A stretch of 64,000 nucleotides of DNA, from the NCBI GenBank assembly GCA_035267785.1, contig DATFLL010000042.1, forward strand, positions 12,817 through 76,816, read 5' to 3'. The translations under genes and the position numbers were made by a program. Origin of the DNA: Gammaproteobacteria bacterium. Its GTDB lineage: Bacteria > Pseudomonadota > Gammaproteobacteria > DATFLL01. The notes below the pieces were generated by a model. The model was not told the origin of the DNA. It saw nothing but the letters and a program-made list of their open reading frames with translations, and did not search any database. This document shows, in pieces, positions 60,724-64,000 of this stretch (positions are counted from its first letter, which is position 1; each line of letters opens with the position of its first letter).

Positions 60724-61569
60724 CTACGCGTCTTCCGTCCTCATCGGATTGGCCGGATCGGCCGCCCACTCCTGCAGCGAGGCAGTGTACACGGCAACGT
60801 TGGTGAATCCCAGGCGTGTCATGATGAACGCGTTGGCAGACGCGGCGATGCCGCCACCACAGTAGGTGATGACACGCGCATTGCGATCCAGGTCATGCAT
60901 CGCCGCCAGTTCCCCGAGCGGGCGGAAACGGCCGGTCCTGTCGAGCAGCTCGAGCGCGTCGATATTCAACGCACCCGGAATGTGCCCGGGCCGCGCATAG
61001 ATGCTCATCTCGCCGCGGTACATCGGCGCGGGCAACGTGTCGATGAGGATAACGGCGTCATCGTCGATACCCGCCAGGACCTCGTGTCGATCCGCGATCA
61101 CCTCCGGCCGAGGCTTCGGTGTCAATTGTCTCGGCGGCCGGGTGACGACATCGAGCGACAGCGGATGACCCTCCGCTGCCCAGGCACCCAGCCCTCCGTC
61201 GAGAACCGCGGCGCGGTCGAAGCCGACCCAGCGCAGCATCCACCAGACCCGGGCGGCCCACGCCGTATAGTTCGTATCGTACAGCACTACCCGGGAATCG
61301 TCCCCCACGCCCAGGGCGCCCATCGCGCTGCAAAACTGCGCGGGCGTCGGTAACGCGAACTCGACTGAGCTGTTTGCGTCGCAGAGCTCGCCCTTGAGAT
61401 CGGCGAATCCCGCGTTGGGAATATGACCCGACTCGTACTCCGGCCGACCGCTGACGTTGTGGAATCCACCGTCGTCGTGCGGGACGGTAGTGACGGTGCA
61501 GTCGAGCAGCACCAGATCGGGCTCGTTCAAATGCCGAGCGAGCCAGTCGGTTTCGACAAGGCTGTCCAT
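60724..61569 (-). CDS. sseA: 3-mercaptopyruvate/thiosulfate sulfurtransferase (tandem rhodanese, SseA-like)
   Basis: Two rhodanese domains. Active-site CGGGIAA. Start at MDSLVETDWL. Confidence 0.85.
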   Translation of the reverse strand: MDSLVETDWLARHLNEPDLVLLDCTVTTVPHDDGGFHNVSGRPEYESGHIPNAGFADLKGELCDANSSVEFALPTPAQFCSAMGALGVGDDSRVVLYDTNYTAWAARVWWMLRWVGFDRAAVLDGGLGAWAAEGHPLSLDVVTRPPRQLTPKPRPEVIADRHEVLAGIDDDAVILIDTLPAPMYRGEMSIYARPGHIPGALNIDALELLDRTGRFRPLGELAAMHDLDRNARVITYCGGGIAASANAFIMTRLGFTNVAVYTASLQEWAADPANPMRTEDA

Positions 61570-61781
61570 CACCCACCATCCAGACTCAGAACTTGGAATC
61601 GGTTCCGCGAAGCGGCGTTTTCGGGACGCATGCCCTCTCATGTCAGTCCGGTGCAGCTAAGAGCGCAGTTTGGTCACGCACCAGGGCCCCGGTTGTGCCG
61701 GGAATACACACCGTGACTATAGCTGGAACTGTGCCGAGGCGAATGCCGACGCGGGTCAGAGACGCCGCCGTTTGTATTTGA

Positions 61782-62591
61782 CTAGCGACAGAAGATGATA
61801 CGGTCGCCGGTATCCTTGGCAATCCGATAGCCATTCAGCTTCATCCACCGAATTTTATCGTTGCGCTTGTCCCATGCATGCGGATAACCATGCGCACCGG
61901 GGCCAGGCACCGTCACTTCTCTTCCCGTGATATCTCTTCTCACCCGCGGGAGAGCGGCCAGCCGCTCGCGCTCTCTGCGCGTCAGCGGGCGCATGCTTGC
62001 GATATAGTCCGGATCCTCACAATCGACCCCGCGGTTCTCTTTGCATCGCTTGATAGCCCGCTTAACCCAGGGTGCGTTCATATCGATCGGCTTGGGCTTA
62101 GGCACCGGTCTCCATTTGTCCAGGTCCCCGGGGTTTTTACAGTCGACCCCGCGGTTGTTCCGGCAGTTTGCAATCGCCCTTCTCACCCAAGGCGCGTTCA
62201 TGTCCTTGATCTTGGGGAGATGCGTCCGATAGACCTCGCGGTCCTTGCAGTCCTTGAGTGCAGAGCGAGCACGCGCAACTCTGTGCGTGCGCCGGCTGTC
62301 ACTCCGTGTTTCGTGAGGTGCTCCGGGAGCCACCGCACGACCTTGCTGTGCGTCGGGGTGATTCGTCTGGATGACATTACCGTCGGGGACACGCATTCGG
62401 TGGGCGTGTCCGCCGGTGGGAGCGTCGCCATAATGGACCTGGCCGTTCGCGTCGGTCCATTTGTAGATGCCGGCGGCAAATCCCGCGGGCCCGAGGCCCG
62501 CGAGCGCGAGAGCCAGCACGATGGTCGCCGCACGCCCGGCAAGGCGCCGGACACGAGCTTCGAGAAAAACGGGGAGTGACTTCCGAGCCAT
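61782..62591 (-). CDS. DUF4124-domain secreted protein with internal repeats
   Basis: Signal peptide plus IYKWTDANGQVHYGD (DUF4124). Duplicated MNAPWV(R/K)RAI..C..NRGVDC units. Confidence 0.55.
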   Translation of the reverse strand: MARKSLPVFLEARVRRLAGRAATIVLALALAGLGPAGFAAGIYKWTDANGQVHYGDAPTGGHAHRMRVPDGNVIQTNHPDAQQGRAVAPGAPHETRSDSRRTHRVARARSALKDCKDREVYRTHLPKIKDMNAPWVRRAIANCRNNRGVDCKNPGDLDKWRPVPKPKPIDMNAPWVKRAIKRCKENRGVDCEDPDYIASMRPLTRRERERLAALPRVRRDITGREVTVPGPGAHGYPHAWDKRNDKIRWMKLNGYRIAKDTGDRIIFCR

Positions 62592-62817
62592 TTGTTCCTC
62601 CTTGAACGAATAAGACAGAGATTACTGACACCCTAAATGCAACCGTGCGTTGGGTCAACAACCGGCCGGCTCGCCCCAGAACCACGCGCCGTAACAAATG
62701 GCACCGGTCGTAAACAGAAAGAACCCGAGGTACGTCCAATGCATTCGGTAAGGGAAACGGGTCATCTTGCCGATACGATCCTGCCAACCGGATTGCCATA
62801 GTATGGCCAATGAATAC

Positions 62818-62840
62818 GGGGGTGCGATATCCGCACCCCC
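62818..62840 (-). terminator. GC-rich hairpin (GGGGGTGCG-atatc-CGCACCCCC) 3' of the CARDB-like gene
   Basis: Perfect 9-bp stem 22 nt after the stop codon. The U-tract is weak. Confidence 0.3.
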
Positions 62841-62861
62841 GTTATGCGACACTCTCCTGGC

Positions 62862-63980
62862 TCAGCGGGCCGGCCGCGTCGGCGCACCGCCCGGATCGCG
62901 CGGGCGCGTCGGAGTACTGCTGCCGCACGGGCCCCTGACGGTAACGCGGATGCGGGCCAGATTGTTCCCCTCGTTGGACTCGGCGACCTTGTTGGCGTGG
63001 TCGGTCTTAATCAGCAACAAGTGGTTGCCGGGGCCTAGCTTGATGTTGCCGCTCAGGGTGCGCGTCATCCCCTTATTGAGGCTCGGAGTCTGTGCAAAGA
63101 ACAGGGCCTTGTTGCCGTCGGCGACACGCGTCGTGAACAGGGGCGCCGCGGTGGCCTGGCCCTGGTTCTTGATCTTGAACTGCATGCGGAAGCGGCACAG
63201 ACCGGCCACCTTCCCGTTGGCCTCGTCCGCGCCGATGGCCAGGGCATGATCGGGACCGGCGACCTTGCTACCGAGCTGGAAGGTGCTGCCCAGCACAATC
63301 AGGTCGGGCTGTTTGCTTCCGCCGTTCAGAGTTCCCAGCTGCATCTTCGGCGGCTGCGTGCAAGTGTACTTGTAGCTCGCCTTGCGGCTGTAGCGCTTGT
63401 GGTTGGCGAGGTTTTCGACCTCAACCGTCACCCAGGGATTTTGCTTCATACCGAGCTGCGGCTTGGGCGCCATCCCACCCTGCTGTCCCTGGTTTTGGAT
63501 CTGGCCTGGCAGAGTCGGATGCGGATTGACGTGGATGTCCTGCAGCTTGACGCTGTAGTGGAGCGGATACTGGGTATTCCCCTTACTGGCTTGGACAGTC
63601 TTCCAGGGACCGGAACTGCCGGATTCGTTCTTGAAGCGGTAACGGAATTTGCCCTGTTCGCCGTTGGTGCGGACGTAACCCGCGAACCCGAAGTCCTTGG
63701 GGCAAAGTCCCGTATAGCTCGGCGCGTTCGGATGAAAGACGAGCTGGGTGACTTTGAACAGCTTCAGCTTGTCGAGATCCACGTTCATCGCCACCGGCGA
63801 GCCCTTGCACACCACCTCAATCGGCTGCATGTCGAAGCGGTGCTTCACGCCGCCGGCAATTGTGAGATTGCCGGTGCAGCTCAGATGGAATGCGCCGTAG
63901 ACACCGCTGTCCACCGTCAAGCGATGGTCCTTGCCCAAAATCTGGAACAGGCTCTGGCCGTTTTGCCTGGCCTGCTGCAT
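62862..63980 (-). CDS. hypothetical protein with C-terminal CARDB-like domain; 5' end may lie beyond window
   Basis: DLIVLGSTFQ...KNQGQATAAPLFTTRV pattern typical of CARDB. The ORF reaches within 20 nt of the window end. Confidence 0.45.
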   Translation of the reverse strand: MQQARQNGQSLFQILGKDHRLTVDSGVYGAFHLSCTGNLTIAGGVKHRFDMQPIEVVCKGSPVAMNVDLDKLKLFKVTQLVFHPNAPSYTGLCPKDFGFAGYVRTNGEQGKFRYRFKNESGSSGPWKTVQASKGNTQYPLHYSVKLQDIHVNPHPTLPGQIQNQGQQGGMAPKPQLGMKQNPWVTVEVENLANHKRYSRKASYKYTCTQPPKMQLGTLNGGSKQPDLIVLGSTFQLGSKVAGPDHALAIGADEANGKVAGLCRFRMQFKIKNQGQATAAPLFTTRVADGNKALFFAQTPSLNKGMTRTLSGNIKLGPGNHLLLIKTDHANKVAESNEGNNLARIRVTVRGPCGSSTPTRPRDPGGAPTRPAR

Positions 63981-64000
63981 ATAGTGCTGACATGCCTTCA

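Noticed and set aside
1-64000. CRISPR arrays, IS elements, integrases, prophage or defence-system genes
   Set aside because: No direct-repeat/spacer periodicity, no transposase or integrase-like ORFs, and no recognisable defence-system motifs were found on reading the sequence.

Overview
High-GC (about 65-68%) proteobacterial chromosomal segment, densely coding on both strands, with many spurious antisense ORFs in the six-frame track. No rRNA, tRNA, CRISPR array or transposase was seen.

Recognisable content, in order along the window:
- A MacA-MacB type tripartite efflux module (adaptor, ATPase, permease) with the MacB ATPase and FtsX permease encoded as separate genes, plus an MFS transporter.
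- purT, carrying an apparent 1-nt deletion that splits it across two frames.
- A Nitrosomonas ncgABC-nirK-like cluster: two-domain multicopper oxidase, di-haem and mono-haem cytochromes c, copper nitrite reductase NirK, and a His-rich outer-membrane beta-barrel. An NsrR-type 11-1-11 inverted repeat sits in its promoter.
- A nearby gene for an unusual ferredoxin / FNR-like reductase / truncated-haemoglobin / Zn-ribbon fusion. Its promoter carries a second copy of the same operator architecture.
- PDH/acetoin-type E1 alpha and beta genes, a large membrane protein with a degenerate HEXXH motif, and an AcrAB-like RND pump.
- The widely conserved cfa stress cluster (two CFA-synthase paralogs, DUF1295, DUF1365, FAD oxidoreductase, lipocalin Blc).
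- cynS, an EamA transporter behind a near-consensus promoter and a structured leader, a DksA/TraR-like protein, an MHS transporter and a 7TMR-DISM GGDEF cyclase.
- A cytochrome b561 fused to a di-haem cytochrome c domain, followed by DUF1924 and DHC genes.
- A VanW/glycosyltransferase-like fusion and a run of secreted or lipoprotein hypotheticals.
- An OtnK-like kinase beside a divergent phosphoketolase-family enzyme, IclR and TetR regulators with visible operator palindromes, an MBL hydrolase, an APC permease, an SseA-type sulfurtransferase, and DUF4124- and CARDB-domain proteins.

The most interesting candidate is an NO-responsive module: the nirK cluster and the novel ferredoxin / reductase / truncated-haemoglobin fusion share similar operators, and the cognate regulator gene is not in the window.
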